The notes: generated by a model from the sequence alone, not told the origin. Positions 41,598-54,886 are shown, numbered from the stretch's first letter. The stretch is DNA of 64,000 nucleotides from Eledone cirrhosa (GCA_964016885.1 OZ024757.1:38378001-38442000); one strand, 5' to 3'. Numbers and translations are program-made.

Positions 41598-42187
41598 TGT
41601 CAGGTCACCAGTTGGTGCTACTGGTAACATGTATCCCAGTACAACCTGTCTCATGGTCGGGTCGTTGGCGACTAAACTGGCAACCCCACCAAGGTTTCTT
41701 GGTGAGGAGGGTGACTTTGGACATCCTGCAGGACTAAAAACAAAACCTGTCAAAGAGTCAATGGCCATCCAAAATCACCGGGAGAGATGACCCCTTAGCC
41801 TTTGTAAAGGCAGAATTCTAGGAGAAGGAAAACTCTGATATAACACCTGCAACCCTGATGGTATCCAATGATGTTGACTTGTTCTTCTTTTTGGTAAATA
41901 TCATCTTGGTTAAGAGAGTGGGACTGGCTTTGTGCAGTGCCTTTGCTCACTATAAAAGCTTCACGGCACAGGCATTGCTTGATATCTGGAGATCTCTCTG
42001 CACTTGTCGTCACATGGAACCATGGGCCCAGCACTGTGTCAATAATTGTCACAGGTGTAGTGTTTGTACCAGAGTTTTCAAGTCGCTGGCTGGACTAAAA
42101 TGTCACACTCGTTCAGCGCATCGGTAGGAGTTCTCCTACATGGATATAAAGTAGTGGCCGTACTCGAAAACGAGTTGGCAGCCACTA
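41598..42187 (+). mobile_element. Internally deleted (non-autonomous) RTE-clade LINE derivative
   Basis: RTE-like 5'UTR (ctaggagaaggaaaactctgatataacacct) joined to a terminal C2H2 finger CSVCTRVFKSLAGLKCHTRSAH*, then a 3' stem-loop (ctcgaaaacgag); a near-identical 5' end recurs at 63962. Confidence 0.75.
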
Positions 42188-42306
42188 TATATTGTATAAT
42201 CTTGTGACGTTTTCCTTTTGACCCGCAAACACGGGCCACTCTACAGTGTTGATGTATAATAGTTTAACGCATCATATAGTAGGAACACTCTTCATTTTCT
42301 CTCTTG

Positions 42307-42339
<33 letters not shown>

Positions 42340-42914
42340 AATGGACAAAGCATTATTTAGAAAAATAGCTATATATCTTTAGATACGTCTGTATTAAATA
42401 TTTATTTATAAGGCAGAAAAGTAGCTACATATTTTTAGAGAATACTGTATGTTTAGATAGGTCTGACCTTACCTAGGTTTCGGTATAAGAGCTTTTACGT
42501 TCGCATGACATTACAATCCAACAATTTACTACAAATGCTGAAGCCATCTAACCGATAGGTTGGGTTATTGGCTCTGACATTCGGTTGCCAAACTTAATAC
42601 ATGAAGATATTAACATAGTCTTTAAAATTTTCACGTAAATCAGCTCTAACTCGCTACACACGCATGTCAGAACACAGGGGAATAAGAAAGATCATTACTG
42701 TCTTTCAAAGGCAGATATTTGGTGAAATATTAATGAAACCTAGAGATTACAAAATAAATACTGGTTAAATTATGATCTGTGTGGTGTATAATTATGGAAA
42801 TCCATATCTGAGAGTGTATAAACTGCTGTGCTGCCTTGAAGCTTCAGTTCAAAAGAAAAACTTAGTTTTTATATATGAACCTCATTACTACCTAACTTCG
42901 CAAGAGCTGCATAA

Positions 42915-43225
42915 ACTTTTAGGCTTTGATCTGCTTGATCAACAGACTCCTGGGAAGACCTGGCGGCTGACAGGCAAATAAGGAGAAAAACCCTGAATTA
43001 ACACCTCAAATCAGGGAAAGGGTTAGATTACTGCAGCAACGGGGAGGAGAGCCCGGTGAAAGGAGCGCATAAATCCAACAGATCAGAGACCATATACAGA
43101 TGTATTCTATGTGACAAAGACTGTCACTCACGTATAGATCTGTTTAGCTACCAGAGATACTGCTCTAGCTGAGCTGATAACGGGATACTACCCACGGTTG
43201 GCCTTGACCGAAGGAGGCCTTATAC
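42915..43225 (+). pseudogene. RTE/BovB-type LINE 3' fragment (decayed ORF end and 3'UTR)
   Basis: Translates, with stops and frameshifts, to DSWEDLAADR...RSETIYRCILCDKDCHSRIDLFSYQRYCSS*, matching the RTE C-terminal C-x2-C...SRIGL.SH motif. Confidence 0.85.
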
Positions 43226-43904
43226 TTAAACTGAAACTTTAAATGTTATCATGTGGCTCCATTTAATTTCATGTTAGACCTCGGGAAATTAATATATTAT
43301 ATACATATGAATATATTTTCGATTAAGTACAATGCACCGTTATTAAATGTCATCCAATATATATTGTCTATTCACATCTGCAGTTCTTCAGTGACGTTCT
43401 CCATAAAGGGCTGTTGTTATAGCTTATCAGAGAAAAGGATATATTGCTATTATTTTCACGTTACATTTCATAAATCTAATCATGAATTAAATATTTTACT
43501 GCGAGAAATCTTTGGAAATATTTCGTTGTTACTTAACGTAGTAGTTCCTTGCACCGGATTACAGAATACCGGAGCTGTAAGAAGAAAGTATTCATAATTC
43601 CATCTAAATTTATATATATTTCGAAGGTGTGTCTTTATCATAAGTCTAATCGCAGATGAACATAGCCTAATTTAAAACACTACCCTACGCTTCTGAGCGC
43701 AAGTGAGAATTATAGGAAAATGTATTATTTAGTAACAATATAACGTAATATTTATTGTCTGGTGATTGTCTATGTATAAGTTGATAAATGTTGGTGGACC
43801 CTCTCTTTCACTCACTGCCTCTATCTCCGCCTCCCCTCCCCTCTCATTATAATAAGACAATTGGAGCTTTTGTTATAGCGGGTTGGTTTGCATGTTCTGG
43901 GGGG

Positions 43905-44150
43905 TAAACTAAAGATACCCTTCGGTCACGAATGACCCTGGAATTTGCACCTAGAAAACCCATTCGAGGCATAAGTCCAGGAAAAGTTAGGTTGTTTGTA
44001 GGAAGCAAGCCGTCACCCATGCATAGCGGTCTCCCTCACCATGCCACCAATGTTACCCAAGGGACAGGCAAAGGCCGACACAGCTTGGCGTAAGTGACGT
44101 AGCACTTCATTTCTAAAGCTTAGTGAATTGGAAGAAGATAAGATAATGTT
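43905..44150 (-). mobile_element. tRNA-derived SINE family C, body and 3' part
   Basis: cccttcggtcacgaatgaccctggaatttgcacctagaaa...caagggacaggcaaaggccgacacagcttggc...catttctaaagcttagtgaattgga; matches 40150-40190 and 1540-1630. Confidence 0.8.
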
Positions 44151-45339
44151 CAGGGATGTTCATTATATACATTGGTTGGTATGAGAAATATAGACTACAT
44201 GGTGGCTAGTTTTGTTGTTGCATGAAGCTGCGTATGTTCTTATAAAAGAAATGTAAATTCGATATTGATAATTTGTTTTATAAATAGAAAAATAGTAAAA
44301 ACCAATTGGTCTTGACAGTTCTATTGCTACACAAGTGTGAGGATGTAATTTTATTCAATTCTGGCATCAAAGTGGCTAAAAAGAAATTGTAGGTTATCGT
44401 AGAGGTGAAAATTGATAATAATCAATTCTATAAACTGAGGACACTACTATATATTTTTAGTATTGGCTTTGAGATAAATGTCTATTTTGAGGGGAATCGA
44501 ACAAGAGGTGGGAAATGAATACTAAGGAGAAACCTACTTGTAATTTTATATGATACTGCCTGGGCCTTAAGTCACGCAAAAAAGCATTGTCTTAACGTAT
44601 TAACTGTATAAAGAACTGTACATGTATATAAACTTGACTGTAATGCTTTGTGCATGACTTACCCTGAATATCTAATATAATTTTACATTAATCCTTAAGA
44701 AATTAATATTATAGTAAAGGATAAAATGCATATACCAGGTCCGTTTACCAACAGACTTTAAGCTGATTCTTTTTGCCAAGCTTCCCAATGTAGATTCAAT
44801 GGATGGAAGATTGGTAATAAGAGAATTAGTTGGATTAAGGCGTAGTGGATATTAAGCGAGTATAGGGTGAAAGGGGACTTCCGACTACACATAATATTGA
44901 CTTTCGAAGAAACCTATAATCAATTTACTAACGAGCTGGAATGGTTCTTCCAGTGGGTCTCCCTCACCGTTCTCCGGAGAAAAGCCATCGCTGTTCTGTC
45001 TACCGAGATTCCGGACTGGCGTGGGACCCCATTTATTTATAATAGTAAGAGAGTAAGGGAGCAGGAGAGACGGGGGCAGTGACGGTGGAAATCTGGTTCC
45101 ATTGTGTTCGGACATGGTTCGGTCATTGTGTATTTACTGCAACACACAAGACAAGTGTAACAGTCTTCACAGCAAGCAAGGAGTATAAAAGAAACAACTT
45201 TTTTTTTCATATATATATATAGTGAAAGAGTGAAGAATAACATGGTGGGCTCCACAATAATTATATTATATATATATAGATAGATATATATAGATAGATA
45301 TAGATAGATAGATAGATATAGATAGATATAGATAGATAT

Positions 45340-45380
<41 letters not shown>

Positions 45381-46604
45381 AATTTTAGTACAGCATTAAC
45401 GAAGCTTTAGTTTGCGGCCAAGCTAACGAATGCAAATTCGGTATTTAGCTTTAGCACTCGATAGGGAATAGTACCCCAGAGTAATAACAATACGTTTAGA
45501 CAGCTTTGCAAATCAAATATAGCGATCGGCAGTCCAGCCGCAATGCCACAGTACACATATATATATATATATACACTGAGAGAGATAAATGTGTCATATC
45601 CGTACGTATGCCAACTATATACTGCCTATTTCTTCTATTAATACTTTTTGCTGAAAATCATGAATCTGTTGAGGTTAATGTTAAATTATTCTCCTATGAA
45701 GGTGATCGAAGTTGATCGACATTTATGATTAATCCACTGATCTAATCATAAACCGGATCTGCTATTATGATATTTGATATGGAATATAATGAAGTTTATA
45801 CTTTCTATTTGCTGATTGAATTTCATAATTATTTTATATGAATAATTTCTCAGTTACCAGGGTTTGTCAGAAATCAAAACTTTCTGTATGAATTGCTTAG
45901 AAAAATCTGGGAGTATTTCTAAAAGTGAATTTCTAAAACTTAACAAAAATGAAATAGTCAGAATAAATAAAATAATATAAAATAAATAATACAAAATTTC
46001 GAAAATCAAATTATAAGAACAATTGCAAGTCAGTAAAAATACTTTGAAGAGAAAAAAAAAAAAAAAAAAAAAAAAAAAAGATAGACGAGATATAAAGAAA
46101 TTAATGGAATCAAAAGAATGCTTAAGGTTTTATTTAACCAACATATTTCTCCGCCTTTCATTACAACGTTTAGCGAGGAATTCGAAACGTGATTATTGCA
46201 TAGTTAAAAGCACGGATTTACCCTTTTCTCACCAAGAAATGTTGCTATAAGGTCTTGCATTCTTTATAATGTTTCAATTTTATTTTCTTAGTATTTTTAA
46301 AGTTTTTTTTTTTTTTTTTGTACATTTTTTTCGGCATTTTTTTTATTTAAGATAGTTTCACATATAATGGGGTTTCCCTGAGTTTCATTGTAAATTATAT
46401 CCAAGAGACATTAGGTTAATTCGTTCAGAAATTGATTTAGTGTACAGCAAACATCGACTCTTTATGTAATCATAGCTCGTTCATTTATATCTTAGATAGT
46501 TATTACACTCACCTATAACAATTCTAATGCTTTCGTAATAGGTTGCCTTAGTTCTATCTTACACGAATTTTACAAGTAACTCTTTTTTATTTTCTTCAAT
46601 ATAT

Positions 46605-46769
46605 AGATATATATATATATATATATTAACGCACACATATATATGCCACATGTATACACACGCACACACACACACACTTATATAAATACATATATATATA
46701 TACACACACACACACTTATATAAATACATATATATATATATACACACACACACACACTTATATAAATAC

Positions 46770-46803
<34 letters not shown>

Positions 46804-46849
46804 TTATATAAATACATATATATATATATACACACACACACTTATATAA

Positions 46850-46898
<49 letters not shown>

Positions 46899-47111
46899 TA
46901 TATAAATACGTATATATATATATATATACACACGCACTTATATAAATACGTATATATATATATATATATATACACACGCACTTATATATATATATATATA
47001 TATAAATCATTACATAAAATATCGGTAAATAACTGATATATATATATATATATAGATATATATATATACACACACACACACTTATATAAATACGTATATA
47101 TATATATATAG

Positions 47112-47143
<32 letters not shown>

Positions 47144-47155
47144 TTATATAAATAC

Positions 47156-47206
<51 letters not shown>

Positions 47207-47290
47207 CACACGCACTTATATATATATATATAAATCATTACATAAAATATCGGTAAATAACTGATATATATATATATATATATATATATC
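46605..47290. repeat. Compound minisatellite (CA)n-CTTATATAAATAC-(TA)n with a higher-order ~230-bp duplication
   Basis: cacttatataaatac repeats; aaatcattacataaaatatcggtaaataactg occurs at about 47004 and 47232. Confidence 0.92.
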
Positions 47291-47509
47291 AATGATTTAA
47301 GGTGTTTCCATTAAATTTTAAAATTTTTTTTTTTTCTATTTACGCTCATACATTTTAACCTGTTTTACGTTCTCTAATCTCTGAAACATCTCAACTTTAT
47401 ATAAAATCTAAAGGCAAGGCTTTAGATTTTCTCTTTTCTTTAATAGGCATCGAACATTTGAATTTTTTTTTATTTTATATTTTTCCATGTTGTGTAACAT
47501 TTACTGTAT

Positions 47510-47606
47510 TCGTTCTTTCTCTCTCCCCTCACTTTCTCCCCAGTATTGTCTTTTTCTCTTTCTCTTTCTCTCTTTCTCTTTCTCTCTCTCTTTCTTTCTC
47601 TCTTTC

Positions 47607-47637
<31 letters not shown>

Positions 47638-47872
47638 CTCTCTCTTTCTCTTTCTCTCTCTCTTTCTCTTTATTTCTCTTTCTTTCTCTTTCTCTCTCTT
47701 TCTCCCCTCTCTCTCCTCTCTCTCCTCTTTCTCTCTCTCTCCTTTTTCTCTCTCTCTCTCCTCTTTCTCTCTCTCTCCTCTTTCTCTCTCTCCTCTTTCT
47801 CTCTCTCCTCTCTCTCCTCTTTCTCTCTATATCTCTATCTCTCTATATCTCTATCTCTTTCTCTTTCTCTCT
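47510..47872. repeat. Polypyrimidine (CT/CTTT) tract
   Basis: About 360 bp, almost all C/T. Confidence 0.95.
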
Positions 47873-48539
47873 AAAATTTATATATATATATACATGTGTA
47901 TACATACATGTGTATACATACATGTGTATACATACATGTGTATACATACATGTGTATATATACATGTGTATATATACATGTGTATATATACACGTGTATA
48001 TATACACAAACATATGTATATATATATATATATATATATACATTCACTATTTCGTTTTCTTATGCATAACTTGAATATATTTCCACACATTAAGACAGTA
48101 AAATCTTACAAGAAAATAACATAAACCTCTGTCCGCTCATTAGAAGCCATTCAAATGATTTCTGCGAATGTTCAATAACTTCATGGATACTAAATTGTTC
48201 TGTCGTCGATATAAATTGATTTTCGGATTAAAACTTCTCTATCCCTAGATTCATTTGAATAGTTTTCAACATTTTACATTCAGCATTAAATCTGTAACTA
48301 GAGGAGAGAAAATGAATTGGATTTGATTGATGAGACCATTCTACAACTTAACTAACCAATCACACGTTACTTTGATTCTGCAGTAATATTAGTTCTTTTT
48401 TTTTTTTTTTTTTTTTGTTCTAGTTTATTTTATATTTATTTATTTTTATTATTTTATTTTATTTCGTTCGATTGATAATGTAATAGCCTTTAATATAAAC
48501 ACACCCTTATGTACATAGGAATAGTCTGACACGTAAGTC

Positions 48540-50100
48540 TATATATATATTGTGTGTGTGTGTGTGTGTGATATATGTATGTGTAATATGTGTGTGTGTA
48601 GTATATGTATATATGTGTGTGTGTAATATATGTATATGTATGTGTGTGTGTAATATATGTATGTATATGTGTGTGTGTAATATATGTATATGTGTGTGTG
48701 TAATATATGTATATATGTGTGTGTAATATATGTATATATATGTGTGTGTGTAATGTATGTATATATGTGTGTGTGTAATGTATGTATATATGTGTGTGTG
48801 TAATGTATGTATATATGTGTGTGTGTAATGTATGTATATATGTGTGTGTGTAATGTATGTATATATGTGTGTGTGTAATGTATGTATATGTGTGTGTGTA
48901 ATATATGTATATGTGTGTGTGTAATATATGTATATGTGTGTGTGTAATATATGTGTGTGTGTAATATATGTATATGTGTGTGTAATATATGTATATGTGT
49001 GTGTGTAATATATGTATGTGTGTGTGTAATATATGTATGTGTGTGTGTAATATATGTATATATGTGTGTGTGTAATATATGTGTAATTTTGTGTGTAGTA
49101 TATGTATGTGTGTGTGTAATATATGTATGTGTGTGTGTAATATATGTATATATGTGTGTGTAATATATGTATATATATATGTGTGTGTGTAATGTATATA
49201 TTTGTGTGTAATATATGTATATATTTGTGTGTAATATATGTATATATTTGTGTGTAATATATGTATATATTTGTGTGTAATATATGTATATATTTGTGTG
49301 TAATATATGTATATATTTGTGTGTAATATATGTATATATTTGTGTGTAATATATGTATATATGTGTGTGTAATATATGTATATATTTGTGTGTGTAATAT
49401 ATGTATATATTTGTGTGTGTAATATATGTATATATTTGTGTGTGTAATATATGTATATATGTGTGTGTGTAATATATGTATATATGTGTGTGTAATATAT
49501 GTATATATGTGTGTGTGTAATATATGTATGTGTGTGTGTAATATATGTATATATGTGTGTGTAATATATGTATATATGTGTGTGTGTAATATATGTATAT
49601 ATGTGTGTGTGTGTAATATATGTATGTGTGTGTGTAATATATATATGTATGTGTGTGTGTAATATATATATGTATGTGTGTGTGTAATATATGTATGTGT
49701 GTGTAATATATGTATGTGTGTGTAATATATGTATGTGTGTGTGTAATATATGTATGTGTGTGTGTAATATATGTATATATGTGTGTAATATATGTATATA
49801 TGTGTGTAATATATGTATGTGTGTGTGTGTGATATATGTGTATGTGTGTGTGTGTGATATATGTATATATGTGTGTGTGATATATGTATATGTGTGTGTG
49901 TGTGTGGTATATGTATATGTGTGTGTGTGTGTGGTATATGTATGTGTGTGTGTGTGGTATATGTGTATGTGTGTGTGTGTGGTATATGTATATGTGTGTG
50001 TGTGTGGTATATGTATATGTGTGTGTGTGTGGTATATGTATATGTGTGTGTGTGTGGTATATGTGTATGTATATGTGTGTGATATATGTATATGTATATT
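48540..50100. repeat. Compound minisatellite (TG)n-TAATATATG-(TA)n
   Basis: gtgtaatatatgtat unit, shifting to gtgtggtatatgtat distally. Confidence 0.96.
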
Positions 50101-51149
50101 CCAAGGTTGTTTAAAGCAGTGTTCTATGTTCACTCAGACAGTATGGTCACGACTGGAACAACTTTGCTCATAATATTAGTAAATCTTTTTCTTGCGTATG
50201 ATTTTGTCTTGGGTTGTTTTTGTTTACCTGATCTCAATAAGTGATTAGTTTTTTAGTTCCCAGAGCGCAGAGGTCGTTAAAGGTGGGCCCCTGTAGATAA
50301 GTGAAGCACGGTCTATATTGAACCTAAATTCAATCACATACAATATTAGATTTTGAAGATATAAATTGCTTTGGTAAAATTGACAGAACTAGGTCTCGAT
50401 GGGGTTATGCACTTGTGTTAGTGTGTTATATACGGGTCTAAACACCTGAGCTCTCCGCCATCAACTTTATCTAATATGATACACTAGTAAAATAAGATGT
50501 ATGCTACAGTATTCTAAGTGTGAGCATAATAACACTGCCGAGAATGTCATATAGCAATGATCACAAGATGTCACATTTAGTTAATTATCTATTCTATAAT
50601 GGGGCCCTAATTGTTGAAACATTTCTTTAGATTGCACCTGATACTACGATTTTATCGAATTAAATTCCTGGGTATGTAATCTTGAAATCCCGAAAGACAT
50701 TATTAATAACTATTATTAACCCTTAATTATCGGAGTTAAGGCTCTAGTAATGGCTGAGAGCCACTGAGAGATAATGCATGCTAATAAAGAAAAGCTAGCG
50801 ACTTCTCGTCTGATACTTATTGCATCCAACTATATTAATTGTTAATGTTCTCTTAATGAATTAACCCTTGGAATTAAACTGATCCAGAGCAGAATATTAA
50901 GACTGATCTGCAAATCGTTTATTGATTTTTCAGTGTTGAGCGATTCCTAGGGAAATTCCTTTTATATCTATTAAATTTAGTGTAGGTTTATAAAATAGAA
51001 TCACTAACTCTTGTCTTGCGTCGTATCTGTATAAGGTGTTGCAAGATAGACAAATCTTTTCAGAATTAAAAGGTGTTATAAGGAAGGTGTGCTGTAATAG
51101 AAGAAATGACAGAATCGATAGAAAGTGAGTTATTGTGGTATTCCTTTCG

Positions 51150-51245
51150 TCTTTCTGCTCTCAGATCCTACCGAGGTCAACGTTGCCCTTCATCCATTCG
51201 AGGTCAATAATAAATAAATAAATAACAATCTAGTACTGAGTTCGT
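51150..51245 (+). mobile_element. Old SINE family A-related fragment
   Basis: tcagatcctaccgaggtcaacgttgcccttcatccattcgaggtcaataataaa. Confidence 0.6.
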
Positions 51246-51829
51246 GTCTTCTATATCTATTTCGCATGTTTTCTCTCTAGCATTCTCTCTCCTCATCTGG
51301 AAGTAATCCGACGTATTCAGTCTTGGAGAGATGTCCTGCAAGGTTCAAAGAATGCCCTAGAAACGCCTAATATCAATACCCTTACAAATCCCTCGGGAAT
51401 TACAGGACCATACATACACACATATGTAAGATTTAGTACGGAAAAATTACATACGATATATATTTTCAAGGCTAAAGTACATTTCAGTAATTTTATTTGT
51501 ATTTTATAACAAAAATTGATAGCCAGTTTTGTAGGTAGTTTCTATGAAATAAAATGTCACTAGATAACTGGTGTCAATATCTATAACTTTCCATAATGTG
51601 AGTGATCTATATATTTCATTAATCTTTTTCTCGCTATCAAATTAGTATTTATGAAAGTCTGCCAACAAAAATATATGTATTGGCTCCACATAACTGTAGA
51701 GTAACATTGTGACCAAACAAAATCACTTATCCCGCGCAAAGCAAAAAACAAACCCATATCAATCTTGATTCAAATGTTCGATTAGTTCCAATTGAAAACA
51801 AACGAGTCAATAAATCTAATTTATAGAGG

Positions 51830-52015
51830 TGCGTCCCTTTACGTTCTGAGTTCAAACCCGCCGAGGTCAACTTTGACATTCATCCTAACGGGATCGATCA
51901 AATAAAGTACCAGTAATGCACTGTGATGATTACTGGTCTTGTGCCAAAACTAGAAACAATATATCTAACTTTCATCACCCTGAAAATTGCTGGCCTTGTA
52001 CCTAAATTAGAAATC
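51830..52015 (+). mobile_element. SINE family A copy with a doubled 3' tail
   Basis: ctttacgttctgagttcaaacccgccgaggtcaactttgacattcatcc...tggtcttgtgccaaaactagaaac, then aattgctggccttgtacctaaattagaaa. Confidence 0.85.
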
Positions 52016-52055
52016 ATGATCGTTTTAGAATATCTCAGACAGGTGTATATATATC

Positions 52056-52087
<32 letters not shown>

Positions 52088-52092
52088 TATAG

Positions 52093-52285
52093 TGAAGGCG
52101 CGTGGCTGAGTGGTTAGATAATTCGTAATTGTGAGGTTGAGAGTTCGATTCCCGAACCGGGCGATGCGTTATGTCCTTGAGCAAGACGCTTTATTTCACG
52201 TTTCTCTTTCTACCTGGAGTTGCGACCGATAGATAGAAATAGCAATTGGAAAGACCAACGGAAACATTGTTTCCTCGGTCCGATT
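52093..52285 (+). mobile_element. tRNA-derived SINE family D
   Basis: A box tggctgagtgg, B box gagttcgattcc, gtccttgagcaagacgctttatttcacg; body ctggagttgcgacc...caattggaaagaccaa shared with the minus strand of 60395-60648. Confidence 0.85.
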
Positions 52286-52995
52286 TTACGAAAGTCGATC
52301 GACTGTCTATATATATATATATATATATATAGCCGCATAAGCTGCGATAAAACACTAAAAAAAAAACATTTACATTTTTAGAAGGCATTTGTAGAATGCG
52401 AAAGCAGGTTTAAAAGCTTTTTAGTTGGAGAGAGATAAGATTTATTAGCTATGAAGAGCGAATGAACATGCTGGTATCATTGACGGACACATTTCATAGA
52501 ACATGCTTTTTTTCATCTCTTTCTGTAACGAAATGGATGCTCAGTGATATACGACTGGGAATATATGTGAAGCTATGTGTGAAATGCCAGTCCAATAAGC
52601 GAATAAAATATATCCGTTGCACGATCTTCAAATTTGAAGCTACATATATCATGGTGTAATGGCTATCGTCAAATGGCAAACCTGTACACGAAAAGGTAAC
52701 TAGGAAAATTAATGTTTTATCTGACAATACAGGAAAGATAGATCCCTAAACATGGAGTACAAGCAAATGTATGAAATATAGATTGCGTTCTTACTTTGCG
52801 TACTTGTTTTAAAATGTGTGTCGAACTTATGTGCCGTGTAGCAATACTTATACAATATACACATAATCGTACGATAGAATGACAGACTTATCCTAACATA
52901 TTTTCGATTAATATATAATACATTTAACTACAATGTATACACTGAATAACAAAAAAAAAACGCATATTATGATGTATAATACTGAATTTCATACA

Positions 52996-53033
<38 letters not shown>

Positions 53034-53043
53034 CCCGAAGAGA

Positions 53044-53185
53044 AAATATTTATTATAAGAACATATTAAAGTTTAAGCAGAGAATCGCTGTGTTCACCCT
53101 TAACGGGATCTTCTGAAACTCAAGATCCCGTTAAGGGTGATAACAACGATTCTTAAACTTTACTCTGTTCTTATAATAAATATTA
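53044..53185. mobile_element. ~140-bp foldback island in (TA)n
   Basis: aatatttattataagaaca...tcacccttaacgggatctt(ctgaaactc)aagatcccgttaagggtga...tgttcttataataaatatt; one arm also present at 30740-30790. Confidence 0.8.
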
Positions 53186-53356
53186 TATATATAAATATAT
53201 AGTGTGAGAGAAGTATGAACCCAATCTCGGCGCCAAGGAACGGCCATTGAGAAGGAACTGTACTGCGTTTACTCCGTTCTTTCCTTCTCTTAGCCCACTG
53301 GTTTTTTATTCATTATGCGATTTTAGATACGCAGGACACTTTTTCACTTCTATCTG

Positions 53357-53390
<34 letters not shown>

Positions 53391-53506
53391 AGAAAAGAAA
53401 TTAAAAAGTATATTCAATTACTTACATTACTGGATCACAGTTCTTTTGATTTCCAAAAGTAAAATTGAGATGGAGGGTTTGTGTTTCTATTGTGGTTTGT
53501 CTCTCA

Positions 53507-53542
<36 letters not shown>

Positions 53543-53993
53543 ATAATGCATCAGTACACTTTGTAATTTTATCTCATCAGCAGAGCCAGCAAATCTAAGT
53601 AGTGCATTTAGAAATGAAACAATAAACGTGGTTGGAGAAAGCGAGAAGGAGCAAGAGATAGAGATTGGAAATGAGAGAGGTGGAGACCGAGAGAGATAGA
53701 GCTGTTTTAAACAATGACTGAAACAATAAGCAATGAAATATTTCCATTAAAACTTTAATTAAGATTGCCATTGATAATGCAGCAGTAATTTGTTACGAGT
53801 GAATCCAACAGACAATGTAAGAAATTCATCTTTTCAGATCATCTAACATTAATCTTTCTCCGAGTGACGTCCATTAGCACATTGTTGATATGTCTTCCGA
53901 TTAACAAATATGACGGAAATTAATTAAACAGACTCATCATTACAACTACAACAGAAATAACATCACTATATATATATATATACATATATACAC

Positions 53994-54024
<31 letters not shown>

Positions 54025-54053
54025 CACACATATATATATATACATATATACAC

Positions 54054-54091
<38 letters not shown>

Positions 54092-54155
54092 ATACTCACA
54101 TACATATATACATATATACATATATATATATATACACACACACATACATATTTAC

Positions 54156-54191
<36 letters not shown>

Positions 54192-54194
54192 ATA

Positions 54195-54330
54195 CATTTG
54201 CGTGGTGGGGTGAAGGACTAGCATCCGAAACGTTAAAATTCTTTTGCTACTAAATCGAGCATTAAAATAATACATTTTTTTCATTGCCCTGTGTTGTTTC
54301 CTTTGCTGGTTCCGTTTACCTTTCGCATAC
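54195..54330 (+). mobile_element. Penelope-like terminal fragment with 5'-truncated hammerhead
   Basis: tgaaggactagcatccgaaacgtta (54211-54235), homologous to the minus strand of 30893-30929; flanked by (TA)n. Confidence 0.6.
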
Positions 54331-54398
54331 GTGTATATACAAATATATGTGTATAATGTTTATATAATATATATATATTATTTAAACATTATACACAT

Positions 54399-54471
<73 letters not shown>

Positions 54472-54475
<4 letters not shown>

Positions 54476-54757
54476 AAAAGAGCCAGGACACCGGCGGCTG
54501 AGCTCTGGCCGTTTTGACTGCTAGATCCGAAGTCTAGCTGTCGAAACTGGCGCAGGTCAGCCGTCGGGGTCCTGACTCTTTTCCTATTACCCAGTCTACT
54601 ATCCTAAGTATCGAGTACTCTGGTGCGTTATATATATATATATATATATATATATAACGAAGGAAATGTGGTAAGGAACCAGGTGGACCATAACGCACCA
54701 AAGTACTCAATACTTAGGGTAGTAGAGTGGGTAATAGGAACAAGTAAGTTACTTGTT

Positions 54758-54762
<5 letters not shown>
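54472..54762. mobile_element. Nested foldback islands in (TA)n
   Basis: taggaaaagag...ctcttttccta palindrome; 54580-54630 inverted against 54690-54740; hairpin taggaacaagtaa(g)ttacttgttccta. Confidence 0.8.
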
Positions 54763-54792
<30 letters not shown>

Positions 54793-54847
54793 GAGAGGTA
54801 TAGAGATTGTTTTAGCAAGAAGCTAACGGCATTCTATAACATATATT

Positions 54848-54886
<39 letters not shown>

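Noticed and set aside
50285-50335. ccctgtagat, similar to the miR-10 5' end
   Set aside because: The match stops after 10 nt and there is no precursor hairpin.
52093-52165. tRNA gene (also 10776-10850 and 26603-26670)
   Set aside because: A/B boxes are present but no complete cloverleaf forms, and the sequence continues into repeat bodies.
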